DNA of 64,000 nt, taken from assembly GCA_009103225.1 (NCBI GenBank), contig RHPI01001403.1, forward strand, positions 1-64,000, read 5' to 3'. This DNA comes from Chlorokybus atmophyticus (taxonomy: Eukaryota > Plantae > Mesostigma and Chlorokybus algae). The notes under the pieces were generated by a model. The model saw only the letters and a list, made by a program, of their open reading frames with translations. It ran no database searches and had not been told where the DNA came from. Positions 25,101-37,797 of this stretch are shown in pieces. Every line of letters starts with the position of its first letter. Within the stretch, counting starts at the first letter, position 1. The position numbers and the translations under genes are program-made.

Positions 25101-25896
25101 TCTCACGCACCATGCACAGCCATGCATCCTTCACATTGTTCCCGGACCAGATCTGCTCCATCTTGGTCTTAGAAACTTGTGACACCAGCTCTGGAACCCC
25201 TCCCCTTGAGCTAGAAGCATGTTGTGGTGCAGCTTGCTGGCGCGCCGTCGTGTCGTGCGCGTCACGCGCATGCAGCACATTGCTAGCAGCCTCGACGCAG
25301 CTCACACGCTCTTGAACCACACACGCGCCTTGCATTGAAGCATTGAAGCACATCAAAACCTCACCACCAGCTTCCGGGGTAGTGAGCACCCGCTTCCTCC
25401 AATCAATGGCGGGGTTATGTGACCAAAGCCAAGGCAGCCCCAAAATGCCATCAAAGCCGTTGTTCAGCTCGATGCAGCAAAACCGTAGGCGATCCTTCAT
25501 CATCCCCACGTGCATTTCAAGCTCTTTGCTTTGCTTGGAAGCTCCTCCTGCTGGCGCATAGCCGTCCGCTAGAGCCACCGAGCCGGCATTTGCCCATGAC
25601 AACCACTTGTGCCGACGCGCAACCTCACGACTCATGAAATTGCTGTTCGCGCCGCAATCCACCAGCATCTTGCACTCCATCCATGGCCCATTGCCCTCAC
25701 GGATCAGAGCCATGACTCCCAACAGCTGCCTCGCCTTGTCGGGCACTCGAACCATACCGCTTTGCGTTGCCGTTGCGCACATGCCGCCAACCGTCAACAA
25801 CGCTTCCACGCCAGCCGCTGGACATTCAACATCATAGTGAGGCTGCATCACCACCTCAGCAGGAGCCTCTCCAGCTACTGAGGTGAGCCGTTTCCC
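22153..25896 (-). CDS. Gypsy pol: protease (LVDCGA), RT (YLDD), RNase H (VACDASD), integrase (H-H-C-C, TLDFITG, SDRD, GQTER), GPF motif, C-terminal chromodomain (WEVEAIV..YLVKWRGYP..TYEP)
   Basis: ORFs 22873..25854 and 22153..22812. The break coincides with a single N and a short local duplication at about 22850-22875. Confidence 0.93.
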
Positions 25897-26921
25897 GGCT
25901 GCAACATCTCCTCCTCCACCATGTTCACGCGTCCACCGCTGCGAGCGTTGCGGGCATGTGCAGCAGACTTTGCCTTATAGATAGGGCAGTTGGAGCGCAC
26001 GTGATCAGCAGAAGAGCACTCCCAGCACTTCCGAACAGCCTTGGCAGCCTCCCGACCCTTTGGGGCCTTCATAGCAACATGGAGCGCACCCAATTCCATT
26101 GGAGTTGGTCCCAAGCCAGCCCCCTGAGCTGCTGCAGCTCCCGAACCAGCCCCAACAGATGCGTATGAGCGATACGAACCTCCACGGAAGTGATTGTAAT
26201 GTCCACGATCAGTGTTTTTGGCAGCCCCCTTGAAGTACAACACGTCCGTGCGCTCAGCAATGCGAATGGCCTCCGCGAGAGTCTTGGCGTCACGAAGCTC
26301 AACTTCCTTGCGACAAAGAGTCTTCAACCCGCGCGTGTAGCGGTCCAGCTGCTCCTCCTCAGTCATGTTCGGTACAGAGAGCACAAGACGCTGAAACGCA
26401 GAGGTATAGGCCATCACGGACTGCGTTTGCACAAGCGTAGAGAGCTGGTCGCGTGCCGTCTTCACACTCTCCACCGGTACGAACTGTTTCTTCACCTCAG
26501 CAGCCAGCTCAGCCACGGTAGTGAAAGGAACCTCAAGACCAGCTTCCACACGAGCACAACGATGACGCCACCACACAAGTGCAGCTCCCTCAAAGAAAGT
26601 AGCAGCCACATCGACACGGAGATGTATAGGTACCTCGGTGAGCTTTAACCATGTCGAAACGGCAAACACCCATTCCTCCACACAGTCACCGTCCCTCTGA
26701 CCCTTGAATGGCTTTGGTTTTGGTAGCTTCACATGACGAGAGGCTGATGGGGCAACCACAGGAGCTGTAACGGGCGTGGACGCGCGCGCTTGCGCCATGG
26801 CTTGTTGAAATTGTGCCACTTGAGCTTGGGCAGATGCTTGGACACGTTGCAGCTCCTCATGAGCAGCTACCAGCACTTGCTGAAGCTCCACAACACGTGC
26901 ATCATCCATGGTAGCGTCCAT
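25875..26921 (-). CDS. Gypsy gag (KPKPFKG..EEWVF, knuckle CWECSSADHVRSNC)
   Basis: 348-aa ORF homologous to gag of element 1. Confidence 0.9.
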   Translation of the reverse strand: MDATMDDARVVELQQVLVAAHEELQRVQASAQAQVAQFQQAMAQARASTPVTAPVVAPSASRHVKLPKPKPFKGQRDGDCVEEWVFAVSTWLKLTEVPIHLRVDVAATFFEGAALVWWRHRCARVEAGLEVPFTTVAELAAEVKKQFVPVESVKTARDQLSTLVQTQSVMAYTSAFQRLVLSVPNMTEEEQLDRYTRGLKTLCRKEVELRDAKTLAEAIRIAERTDVLYFKGAAKNTDRGHYNHFRGGSYRSYASVGAGSGAAAAQGAGLGPTPMELGALHVAMKAPKGREAAKAVRKCWECSSADHVRSNCPIYKAKSAAHARNARSGGRVNMVEEEMLQPGNGSPQ

Positions 26922-28852
26922 AAACAGAAAAATACCTCACACACCAAAGAGATAGTTAATATCCCCTTAAAACAAGAAACCCAACCCCTCCAAGGGCTCC
27001 GATACCACTGTAACGATGCTCGTGCTCACATACACAGCACACAAGTCATACAACACATGTGTGCAGCTGAGCACAATCTTCACACCGGAACCTTGCCTTC
27101 ACTCGCGCACGCACGCACGCGTCGAGCGCGCCCACGCACACGAACACTACTACTTCTCACGCCAAGCAAGAACGCAGCAGTGTGCCTTGGACCACAACTC
27201 CCTCAAGCATGCACCAGCATACTCACAGCAGAGAGCAGAAAACAAAGTTGGTTGCATTACACAGGGTTTTTCTATGTATACAAGCACTTAGGAAGAAATA
27301 GCCTAATTAACAGGCATTTCTTTATTCACTACCAAATCTAAAGGCAGGTCCAAGTGCAGGCTCCCCGCCACGCGCGTTGGGCCTTCGGCGGCTGTGTGAC
27401 TGTGCAGTCCGCGTCACCTGGCACTGCACAGCGCGTGTCCGGTCAGCGGCTGTGTCACAACCGCGTGGCAGGTGGGTCACGTCGCCGAATTAGCTGCTGT
27501 CGAGCAGGTCGCAGGCGAGTCGCGCGCGGCAGCAGGGGCAGGCGCCACATGGGCTTAATAAAGCTCATAAAAGCCCTCATCAAGCCAGCAAAAAAGGCAA
27601 AATAAGTACTTTATGTACAATAAAATACAAAATATGCCCCAGGCTGTTACACACCTCCTCCCTCATGTCATAATCTGGGCCGGCCTGATTGAAGCTCCTG
27701 CCAACACAGTGGTCTGGGAACTTGGCCCACAGCTTCTCCTTTAGAAGCTTGCGGTTGTCCTCCTGTATTCTCTACTGTGTCTCGTCCTTCTTCAAGTAAG
27801 CTTGCCCATTTTGCTCTAGTCCCCTAGGCTTGTCAGCGACAGGGGCAAAGCACTTTTCCTCCAGCTTTGCCTTCTTGACTGCCTCTGACTCGTCGTCGCA
27901 GTTAACTTCATGAACAGCTCCTGCGCACAAGGCCAACGTTCAGCGCATGGCACTCGCAAAAGAGAGCAAAGCAAGCAGAGCTTTAGCCAAGCTGCAGCTT
28001 CAGCTATGTTGCAGTTGCGGCTTGGCTAACGCTGTTGCTTGACTGAAGCTGCAGACCGAAGCGTACAAAATACAGCAAGTAGAGCTTCACCCAACCTACC
28101 ACTTCAGCTAAACTGCAGCTGCGGCTTGGCTGAGGCTCTGCTTAGCAGAAAGCCGATATGCAGCTTTTACTCAAGCTGCAGCTTCAGCCAAGCCGCAGGT
28201 TCAATTGAGTTGTAGTTTCAGCTTGACTGAAGCTGCAGACCAAAGCATACCAATGAGCAAGCAGAGCTTCAGCTGCAGGAGCAATTAAGTTGCAGCAGCT
28301 TGGCAGCAGACTAGTTGAAAGCAAGCAAACCTGTGTCCCCAGGTTGTGCTCCCGCCTCGTCTTGCTCCTCTTCATCTTCAGCTTGCAACCTCGGCTCATC
28401 CCTGTTTAACTTCTGCACGTCTTCAAGGATCCGCGAAGCAATGCTCAGCCTAGGTGTGATCTGTGCAAGAATTTCTGATGAGAGGCTGTAGTAAGCGTCT
28501 CCATCAATTTCTTCCTCCTTGAACTTCTCCGCTATTGCTTGTGCACTTGGAACCCCTCTCAACAATTTAGCTACCCGTTTGGAGATAAGCTTAACGCTCA
28601 TCCTATACACTGACATTGTGCTTGAGAGCAGCACACAACCTTGCAGCTTGGTAGCAGCTAGAAACAGCTTCCAGCACCGCAACCTAGCAAGTAGGCCCGG
28701 AAACGCCAAAACGCAAATCAGTCAACCACCGATTTCACTCCCGCCACCACCTTCACTCCCGCCACCTCCGCCGCCGCCACCGCCGCCGCCGAAGCACTGC
28801 GGACAGCTGTGCTTCTTCGGAGTCTTACTGCGCAGAAGTCAGCTGCGCACAA

Positions 28853-28882
28853 GTTAGGGTTAGGGTTAGGGTTAGGGTTAGG
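28853..28882 (+). repeat. Interstitial telomeric repeat (GTTAGG)x5 between divergent genes
   Basis: Read directly from the sequence. Confidence 0.9.
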
Positions 28883-29015
28883 ATTCCTGAGTAATAAATA
28901 GCCACAGCAGCATACATAGGACATACAACGGCTATCCCTGTGTGTGGCGGCGGCGTGCTTGGTGGCCTCGGTTTGTGAAGCGTCGAGCTGTTGCAGCGTA
29001 TTGAGCATAGCAAGC

Positions 29016-32000
29016 ATGAAGGGCAAGGCAGAGGCTAGTGCATACTGGCAGTCTGGTGCAGAGCAGCCTTGGCGCTGCAAATATTGTCAAGTCTTGTTGC
29101 AGAGGTCCGTTGTCAGCAAGGTCAAGCAGCACATTGGCTCCCTCACCTGCACCAAGATTCGTGTGGGCCCTGAACAGTTTGAGAAACTGCCAGGAGCAAC
29201 GCCCAAGGAGAAGCTCCCTCACGGCTCCGAGTTGCAGCAGCTCACCGACCAAGTTGTGCAGCAGATAAAGGTGAGCTTGCTTGGTTCATGCTTACATAGT
29301 TGCATTTTTGCATGTTTTATTGTCTGTGTCTAAGCTGCTATCTGTATGTATGCTGCTGATGTAGGTATGCTGCTGCTAGCTGTATATATCTCTGTCTGTG
29401 TATGCATCTCTATCTGTTTATGTATCCTTAAAGCTGAAGTAACTACCCATACAGGACGGTGAGCACTTGGCAATACCGGAAGATTGGGGACCTAGCGGCC
29501 CCCCCGAAGGTTGGAAGCTGGAGAAGACTTCAACCGGGCACAAATGGGTGTACACGCATCCTCCCAATCCAGCTGCATCAGAGCTGAAGGACAAGGGGAA
29601 GGAGGAGGAGCAGGAGGAGGAGCAGGAGGTGTTGGATGAGGAGGAATCAGAGGAGGAGGAACCACCAGCAGCTGAGACCCCAGCAAAAAGCCAAGACAAG
29701 CATTATCCTCCAAGAAGAACGGCCAGCCTTCAGTTCCACAAACGCCAGCAAAGTCTACCAAAGCAACGCGGTCTGGAAGTGTAAGCCAGCAGCTACATGC
29801 AGCCAAGCTTGTGGATGTAGGGTCTGACGGATGCACACTGACTAACTGAATGCATCTGCCCTGCAGGCGCATGTCAAGCCCACAGAACTGGCACACCCTA
29901 CCTGGGACATGGTGCTGGCCACCGAGGAGCTTGTGGACAACTTGAACGAGGTAAGTCCACAACCCGGTCTTGATTGCTTCAGTTTGCGCTTCATTGGTGC
30001 ACATTTACGAATGGCACAGGCTGTCAAGAAGATGTCTTTAGTGTCTAAATGCGTGGAGAGAATGCTAGACCTTGCAGCTGAGGAAAAACAGAGCTTCCAA
30101 CAATTGCGGAACACCATCCAAACGGAGAGATCACACTCGCTGACTGTTCTTGACAACACGAATTCTTGTCATGAAATCTTGAAAACTGAAAGAAAACAGC
30201 TAGACTTGGACAAGGTCTTTGGTGTGTTTACTCTTTGTGCATTCTGCAGGCGATACACTGACTGGTACACTCACCTTGAGTTGTATGTGCTTGCAGGCAG
30301 CAGCCAAGGCTCTTCTGAAAGAAGCTGCCAGGGAGCACAAGGAGCTGCGCACTGCATGCGAAAAGCTGGAGAAAGAGCGCAAGGTGCTGGAGGACAGATT
30401 ACGCAAAGAGGCAAACACTCCTTCAGCTCTGCTGCGCGAGACCCATAACACCGTAAAGATCAACGAGCAGCACCTCTTGGAGATAGGCGTATGCTGGCGG
30501 GTGGTCTTCAACAAGCTTCAACAAGTAGCTTCCATTCTCTGCCGGGGCCCGAGGCAATGGAGGTGGAGGCGAGGAGCCAGCAGGAGCTAGAGGAGGAGAG
30601 GAGGAGGCAGGAGGAGGAGGCAGAAATGAAGAGGCAGGAGGAGGAGGAGGAGGAGAGGAAGAAGAAGGAGGAGGAGGAGAGGAAGAAGAAGGAGGAGGAG
30701 GAGAGGAAGAGGAAGGAGGAGGAGGAGAGGAAGAGACAGGAGGCGGTCGCATGGCTACAACAGGAGGCTGCGAGCTTAGGGTTCGTCTTGAAGACGCCGG
30801 AGGATGAAAAGGAAGAAAAGGAGCAGCAGGCGGAGGAGCAGAAGAGGAGGCTGAAGGAGGAGACGAGACAGAGGGGGGAGCAGGAGGAGAAAAAAAGGAG
30901 GGAGGAGGCGCTGCTACGGCTACAGCAGGAGGCTGCGCTATTAGGGGTGACCGTGGCCCCACAGCCTTCATATTCTGCTGCGGGGACCTCACAGCCTTCA
31001 CCTTCCGCTACTTTAACTGAGTCGGAAGAACAAGAGCATGAAGAACAAGCTTCCAGTGACGAGGACGAGGAGAAAGAACCCGCTCCGGCTGCCACGACAG
31101 CTCCCGCTCCCGCTGCCACGACAGCTCCCGCTCCCGCTGCCACGACAGCTCCTGCTCGTAAGTTTTTATCAGTGAATGTGTGAGACTGCAGGAGAGACTG
31201 TAGGAGAGACTATAGGAGAGACTGAGCTTGTTTATGTGTGTTAGCAAGAGAAAAAAATCGAATTCCAAGAACACATGGAGGGTAGGTCCGGTAAGATTAG
31301 CTCAAAAGATGAAGATTACCTGCTTGTGAGCTTGTAAAAGGTGATCGGTTGCTGTGGTTGCAGAAGCTGGCGAGGATGAGGAGCAGGAGAAGGAGGAGGT
31401 GCTGGGGGTTCCCCCGGGAAACGCATTCCTCGCGCTAGAGGAGTATCTGGCGCAGCAGCAGCTGCAGCAGCAGCAGCAAATAGTGCCAGCACCCCCACAA
31501 AACCCAGTTCAAGACATTGACCTCATGAGGCAAATGTCAGATCTGCAACAGAGGTACCAGGAGCGTGTCAGGCAGGTCAGGACGTTGCAGGCCTGGCGGA
31601 GCAACATGTCGGAGTTAGTCAGGAAACAGGTAGAGGAGCGTGACAGGCAGATCAGGAGGTACAGGGCACAGCTTCAAGAGCGAGAGAGAGAGATCACAGC
31701 TTACCGCGCACAGCTCAATAGGTTGCAAGTGTCTCCAACCTACGTTGTGCCTCAAGCATTGGAAGCAGTTCCAATGCCTTCTTCACCTCTCATTGCTATT
31801 CCCGCTCTGCTGCCTGGAGGTAGAGGAGCCATGCCTTTGCCTGCGATTCCCGAGGATCCTACACCTCCAGCTGCTCGTCCTGCTCTGCTGCCTTCTGCTC
31901 CACGTGGACATGGGCACAGAGGTAGAGGTAGGGGCTTCTCGCTGGTCATGCATGGATCTTCAGCAGAATCCACTGGCGGACAAAAAGCTGAACCTCCAAC

Positions 32001-32040
32001 GAGACGACGAGGCGGTCCTCCACGCTGCAACACGCACTAG
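29016..32040 (+). CDS. Multi-exon gene: BED-like zinc finger (W..CKYC..H..C), PEGW..WVYTHP module (WW/MBD-like), acidic and E/R/K coiled-coil low-complexity regions
   Basis: Chained ORFs 28944..29333, 29467..29784, 30219..30590, 30491..31183 and 31354..32040 with GT-AG boundaries. Domain names are tentative. Confidence 0.45.
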
Positions 32041-33050
32041 TTTGGTGATAGTTATGTGTAGATTGCGTGGCTTAGGAGCGACTTACAGTGATGCTGCTGT
32101 ACATATATACAAGCCCTTTTCTGCTTAATACCAGACTGCATGCCAAGGCACAGCTCACCTTAATCACGCGTACACATGGTAGTTGCGCAACTTGCTGATG
32201 TGAGGGTAGGACCGGCCCTGCTCGCGCCTAGTATCATGATCAAGCTTGACCCAACACCGGTAATTATGAGACCCCCGAATTTTCGAAAATTCATGGCAAA
32301 CGCACTGAATATTCGTTGGATTTACCGTTTCAGCTTTTTATCGAGTGAATATTCAAGTGTTTTCGTACATTTTGTGCAATCCCTGCCAAAACGAAATCGC
32401 GACATTCACCTATAAATCGCGTGAATATCCACACGATAAATCAATGCCACCTTTCAAAACCCATATACCTCGTATATTCAGTTGAAATTGATTGAATGTT
32501 CAAGGCATGCAATTGTGAATGGACACAGCATGTGCTCTGCTAAATATTCAGCTATACATTGCCTGAACATTCATGAAGGGGCATAAGCTTGTGGCTATAA
32601 CAGACAGCTTAAACTCACCAAGTCCCAACTGCCCGTGAATAATCAATTGATCAGCTTGTCACACATGTATATTCATAACCTTCATCAGTTTCATGCCACA
32701 GATGTGAGTGAACATTCAACACCAATCTAAAACTACGCAATACGATTCACACTAAGTCCTAGCTTTGAGTGAATTTTCAACACCATTCCAAAACCAAGCA
32801 ATACGTTTTGCACTAACTCCTAGCTGTGAGTGAATATTCAACCCCACACGAATAAACATATACTCTCATTTTGGCCAAGTCCCGAATGTGATTGAAACCA
32901 AGTAGAGTGCACTGCTAATTCTAATATACAGTCTAGTATATGTCAAAGCCAGAGTTGCTCAGCAATTCTACACAGCTGGTTTGAGTTGATGGTGGGGGAC
33001 AGCTCTGATATGGACTACAGCATTGCTATGCTACACACCACCTGCTAATA

Positions 33051-35085
33051 CTAGCTCAACTCATGTCTTTGCTGTGCTAACATACTGTCCATGAGTGTTC
33101 GCAATCGTCTTCTCAACCTGTCTGCCACTTGAGGATGAAACCAACTCCTTTGCATCTGCACACAACCACACAGCAATAACATGTGGTTACTAAGCACGTG
33201 TCGGCCTACACGACAGTGCCATTGAAGCACCTTCCACTTGTAAACATTGCAGTGCACATGCATGAACTGTACCTGTTGAAATATCCGTGCGTTTGGGACA
33301 ATTGGACCAGCTTGTACCCCATCTATGAACTTGTCAAGATAAAGCATGACAAACAACCCGCACGCAACTCCATCCTTCCGCTGAGGGACCTGCACAAACA
33401 TGTGTCAATGCTTGCAAACCAAATGCATGTGCATGCATCCAATCAGTGTTTGTGACAGAATGCATGCAAACTCATCAATAGTGCAATGCAACGTGTGCTA
33501 CCTGTGGTACAAGAAGCTGTACGTTTTCGGGAGAGAAGCGTCGTTGTGAGTCACTTCCATGCTTTCTGCCCCACATGTAGTAAAGGTAAGCGCGCATAGG
33601 TCCATCAACGTTGCGATGCAGGCCAAGGGAGTCGAGATGGACGAGTAAAGGCGGCGTGTCACTTCCAAGTTGGCCTCCAGGATTGCACACAAGCAGCAGA
33701 CTCCAGTGAGTCCTGTGAACAATCAAAATAATTCCAGTTTGCAAATACAGCAGCAATTCAGCAAGATATTCTTGGCGCTTATTCTCACCGCGTGTCTGGG
33801 TTGACAATCACTCCCAGCAAGTCCTTGGCAAACGGATCACTCTCCCACCTGTCTATCCTGTGATTGCTCGTGTGCCAGTCATTTTGTCTATGGTAGCGCA
33901 CGTTCTTGGTGTAGAAATGCGGGTGGAACAGCTTCACCTGAATGCCATCTGCTCTGCCTAAGATTTCCTCTTCCTTGTATCTGCATGTGCATCCCACGTA
34001 CATATGAGATACACGAATAACACAGACGCAACAAATCACATACCTGCAAAAGAAGTGGAGGATGGTGTCATTGAGCTCTTGTCTGCCATCCAGCAACCTC
34101 CTGTCCGTTTCAAGCACTGGCACCGCATCACGTGCACTTGCACTAGGGTAAATGAACAGTGGCTGCGGTGTTGACGGCTGCGGGTTGCTGACTGGATCGT
34201 CCAGCACCATGATATCATCATCGCTGCCCACGAGGTCCACAACTGCCGCAGCCGTCGTGGGTTGCTGATTACAGCCCTCTTCGTCTTCATCGTCAACTTC
34301 CATCGTGACTGCCTCTGCAGCCATAAATGGTTCAATTGGGCAAGAACCACAACGCAAATCAACAAGCTCAAGCACACAGTTGCTTACTATTGTTAGCCTC
34401 ATCCCCACTCTCTTCAATGTGTTGAACCCAACTCTGCACAGGTTGTGAAACCCTACCGCAACTGCCCGGCAGAGAACGATGAGCAAGGCTCTCCCTTGGG
34501 AGCTGCGCTGGAGCACCACCTTCTTCGTACGCAGCGCATCGCGAGCACGCAACCTCAACCATGCTACCCACAGCATGCCGTCGACAGAGGCTGTTTGGAC
34601 ACGTCGCGCAGACTTGAAAAGCTGCTTTGTTGCAGTTCTTCACATGGCACCTGTGTTTTGGTTCAGTACAAGTGATGATGGTTCTAGGAGTGAAGTTCCT
34701 CACAACAAGATGCCAAGCATTTGCTGCAATGAAGTCCACTTACTCATGCCTTGGGCACTCCCAATATTCATCCTCCACAGGTGGCATAGAGACACAGTGC
34801 GCGTGGTAGCTTTTCTAGCAACCTTCCACATCGCAGCCAGATATGGTGGCCCCCATCCTTGCAGACAAAGCAGTAGTCTTCATGTTCCCGATGTTCCAAC
34901 GCATCCAGCTCCAGTCTCGGTCTCATCCTGTGAACAAAGGTTCAGTGGCCAGGTCTACAGTCTCACAGTAGGGATATGAGGCATCACAATCGCAAACAGT
35001 ACCTCTTGTACTCAAAATGCCAGTCGCGGCGTGTGGTCCATGACACCTCGCTCGAGGCGCTATTGGTTTCGCTTTGGGCACCCTG
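33051..35085 (-). pseudogene. PHD-C5HCH (NSD-like) + Ulp1/SENP-type C48 SUMO protease, multi-exon
   Basis: HEDYCFVCKDGG..GCDVEGC*KSYHAHC...WECPRH|ECHVKNC..CATCPNSLCRRH, then ELNDTILHFF, HWSLLLVCNP (His), LDSL (Asp), VPQRKDGVACGLFV (Cys). One frameshift at about 34850 and one TAG at 34815. Confidence 0.8.
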
Positions 35086-35149
35086 CACCAAGTACACAAG
35101 ATGGTTGTATGTGATGCCAAAACCCAGGATATATGAGGACATCTATATT

Positions 35150-37650
35150 CTAATGGACAACGTTGTTAGGCAGCTTTTGCCAGAGCTGCGCAACCAACAT
35201 GATGTACTTCAGTAGCCACAACCATGGTTGCAAGGACAGTCCGATATACAGATACAGTCAGACACTGATAACAGTAAGTGCAAACACTGCTGCTGCTTGC
35301 GTACCTGGGTAATCATGGATTACAATCTCTAGAATAGATCTGCAACGGAAAACTGCGTCGCGGTGGCTGTCATATATGTCTATACCTACATTAAATGCCA
35401 GCAGATTACGTGCCTCAGTCATGCGCATTTGTCAAGCATGACTGCAGTAATGGAAGCTGCTTATCCTAGCTGCGTTGAAACCATACCTTCCCAGAGATCT
35501 CCCAACTGGTCAATAATTGGCTTGAGATAAGCCTGTAGATTCTCTGGCTGTTTGGGTCCAGGGATTACAGCAGCTAAAAATGTAGTGTCTGTCTTGTGCA
35601 TCTTGGCAATGGGCAGGTTCAACACTGAGATTGTGACCACCCAAAACTCATGGTTCCCTGCAACTCAACAAACCCTTTGCTGCCATTTGTACAGTTACAC
35701 TGCAACGAGCATACAGGAAGAAAAATGCTCTTTTATACCTTTGTGCGGATCTTTGAACGGGCTCATCCCGTCGATGAACATCGCTAGGCGCACATTGCGT
35801 GGTTCTTTTGCAAACCGGCTGTAGCGTTGTTCAGTGTCCTTGAACATTGGCGAGTCTGACAGCAGCAAGTACACCAAGGGCTTACGACCAACTGCCCCAG
35901 CCCCACAACACATTCAAACATGCATACAATCGCAAGGCTGGATACTGAGGTCTTACATACCGCCCCAGCACCTCGCCGACACACAAACAAACACAGGCAA
36001 GGACACCGAGGTCTTACATGCCGCCTCAGCGCCACGCCGACACACAAACAAACACAGGCAAGGACACCGAGGTCTTACATGCCGCCTCAGCGCCACGCCG
36101 ACACATAAACAAACACAGGCAAGGACACCGAGGTCTTACATGCCGCCTCAGCGCCACGCACACAAAAGCACAAGGCACGGACACTGAGGGCTTGCATTGG
36201 ACTGCCCCAGCCGCTCACCAACACAATCATGCACACAGTCGTGCCTCATTTACCACTGAACTTGGCAATGTTACCGTGTATAGATCGCATAATCCCATCC
36301 TGACTTCGATTTGTGTGCGCCATCATCTCCGCAGCAACACTAGGTTTTAGGTACAGAGCCCTCAGCGCAGCAGGCACGTCAAAGTAACGCCCAATCTTCC
36401 ATGCAACTTGTCTACCTCCTATGTTGCGGTAGCGAGGGGCCTTGCAGACTGCATAAGCAAGTCGTATGCTGATGGGACATGCTAATCAAATCCCATTGTA
36501 GTGAACATTTGCAACAATTGCTCACCTTTGCAAAGTATCCTGTTGGCATGTCGGCCACAATACAACATGTGATCACAGCGATAGGCATCATATGTGTGGA
36601 AGCCCATGTTGAGGCCTTCAAGGCATTTCAATAGCTCGTGCATGCTGCCTGGCATCTTATTCTCCTTAGGCAAGAGGATGCCACGCAACAACCTGGCACA
36701 CAGAAACACATCAGTTCTGAACAGGCTGATGTTTCAGCAGTCAGCAGTGTAATTTGCCCACCAACCTGAGCAGTTTATTCATGAAATTGAAGGGTATTCG
36801 ATGTAGCTGCGCCAGAACCAATAGCCGCATCGACTTGCTCAGCAGTGGAGGTGCAGTGCACTGGCGTCTCAGGCTCTACTTGTCCATTTGTGGATTTGGT
36901 TCTGGCACCTTGATGCTCTTGCAATGTAGCATTCTCAATTCCACAAAATGCTGGGTGAGATCCGCGTTGTTCTCCATAAGCACATTGTCCTTCATGAGCA
37001 CACGGATTACAACCTGCCAGCTGCAATGAGTCTAGTGGCACATGAACAATGAGAGGCACAGCATCAGCAATGTCAACATGCCACGCAAGTCAGGTCGTAC
37101 CTGCTGGTTGCAAGTTGGCTGCAACATTGAAAGGAGATTCAACACTCGGTTGCAACGGCGTGCCTGTGTCAACATGTTCAGTAGCGTCGTTCCCAACTAG
37201 CAATTGTTCGGTGTCATGGAGAGCTTCACCTGGGGCAAGCCAGATCAATAATCAGACAGCCTGTTGTATAGATTCACATCTGTAGAGAAGTTGCTCTTGT
37301 ACCTGATGGCATGTGTAAGGATGCAGCAGCAACAGCAGCATCAGCTTCTTCAAGTTCATGGGGTTGTAGTCGATCACGGTATTCAGGAGCAACAGCTTCT
37401 GGAGTGCCACACCACATGTTTTTGCCAAAGTTTTCATGATAATCAGCCCTTTTAATGTGGTTGTGTGTGAACACTTTGCTCCCTTTGCAGTCGCGGCAAA
37501 AACACCTGCGAAAGTAGCTCATGCTACAAACATCAAAAGCAGTCAGCCAACATACTGCAAGCAACTTTCAATCAACTTCCATACAGCCAAAGCAAAGACC
37601 TGCAGGCACGCTGCCGCCGCTGACACCGCTGCCGTCGCCACCGTCATGAC
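35150..37650 (-). pseudogene. CACTA TnpD / Transposase_21-type transposase, intron-rich, 3'-truncated
   Basis: Spliced motifs CFCRDCKG, LLPKENKMPGS, RYFDVPAALRALY, DSPMF..FAKEPRNVRLAMFIDGMSPF, LNLP..AVIPGPKQPENLQAYLKPIIDQLGDLWEG, IVIHDYP. Ends abruptly at about 35150, joining an intron of the PHD-Ulp1 gene. Stops at 37007, 36876 and 35166. Confidence 0.9.
35890..36200 (-). repeat. 62-bp minisatellite (~4 units) in a transposase intron
   Basis: ACACAAACAAACACAGGCAAGGACACCGAGGTCTTACATGCCGCC is repeated with a 62-bp period. Confidence 0.85.
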
Positions 37651-37797
37651 TGCCTACCGTAAATTAAGGGTTTAGGACACATCCAATCCCGATTCAAAAC
37701 AAGCCAGAAAGTCAATCCGGATATGCTCCACAATTTGCGTACATGCTCCTTTTCTTCTTCCAGCCAGTGCATTAGCTTCTAGGGTTTGTGTGCCAGG

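Larger units (their letters stand above)
21515..27651 (-). mobile_element. Full-length chromoviral Ty3/Gypsy LTR retrotransposon (element 2)
   Basis: 643-bp LTRs at 21515-22157 and 27009-27651. TSD CACCT (21510-21514 / 27652-27656). PBS TGGTATCGGAGCC. PPT GGGGTGGAAGGGG at 22158-22170. Order is gag, PR, RT, RH, INT, chromodomain. Confidence 0.97.
20078..28616 (-). pseudogene. Multi-exon gene with an N-terminal SAM-like domain, split by Gypsy element 2; probable accessory gene of the CACA(C/T)GG element
   Basis: AEKFKEEEIDGDAYYSLSSEIL...RILEDVQKL resembles a sterile alpha motif. The frame YDMREEV|VADVMQNH is continuous across the Gypsy TSD. In-frame TAG at 27772 and 21246. Confidence 0.55.

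Noticed and set aside
28853-28882. Chromosome end or healed break at TTAGGG repeats
   Set aside because: Only five units with complex sequence on both sides, so it is treated as interstitial.
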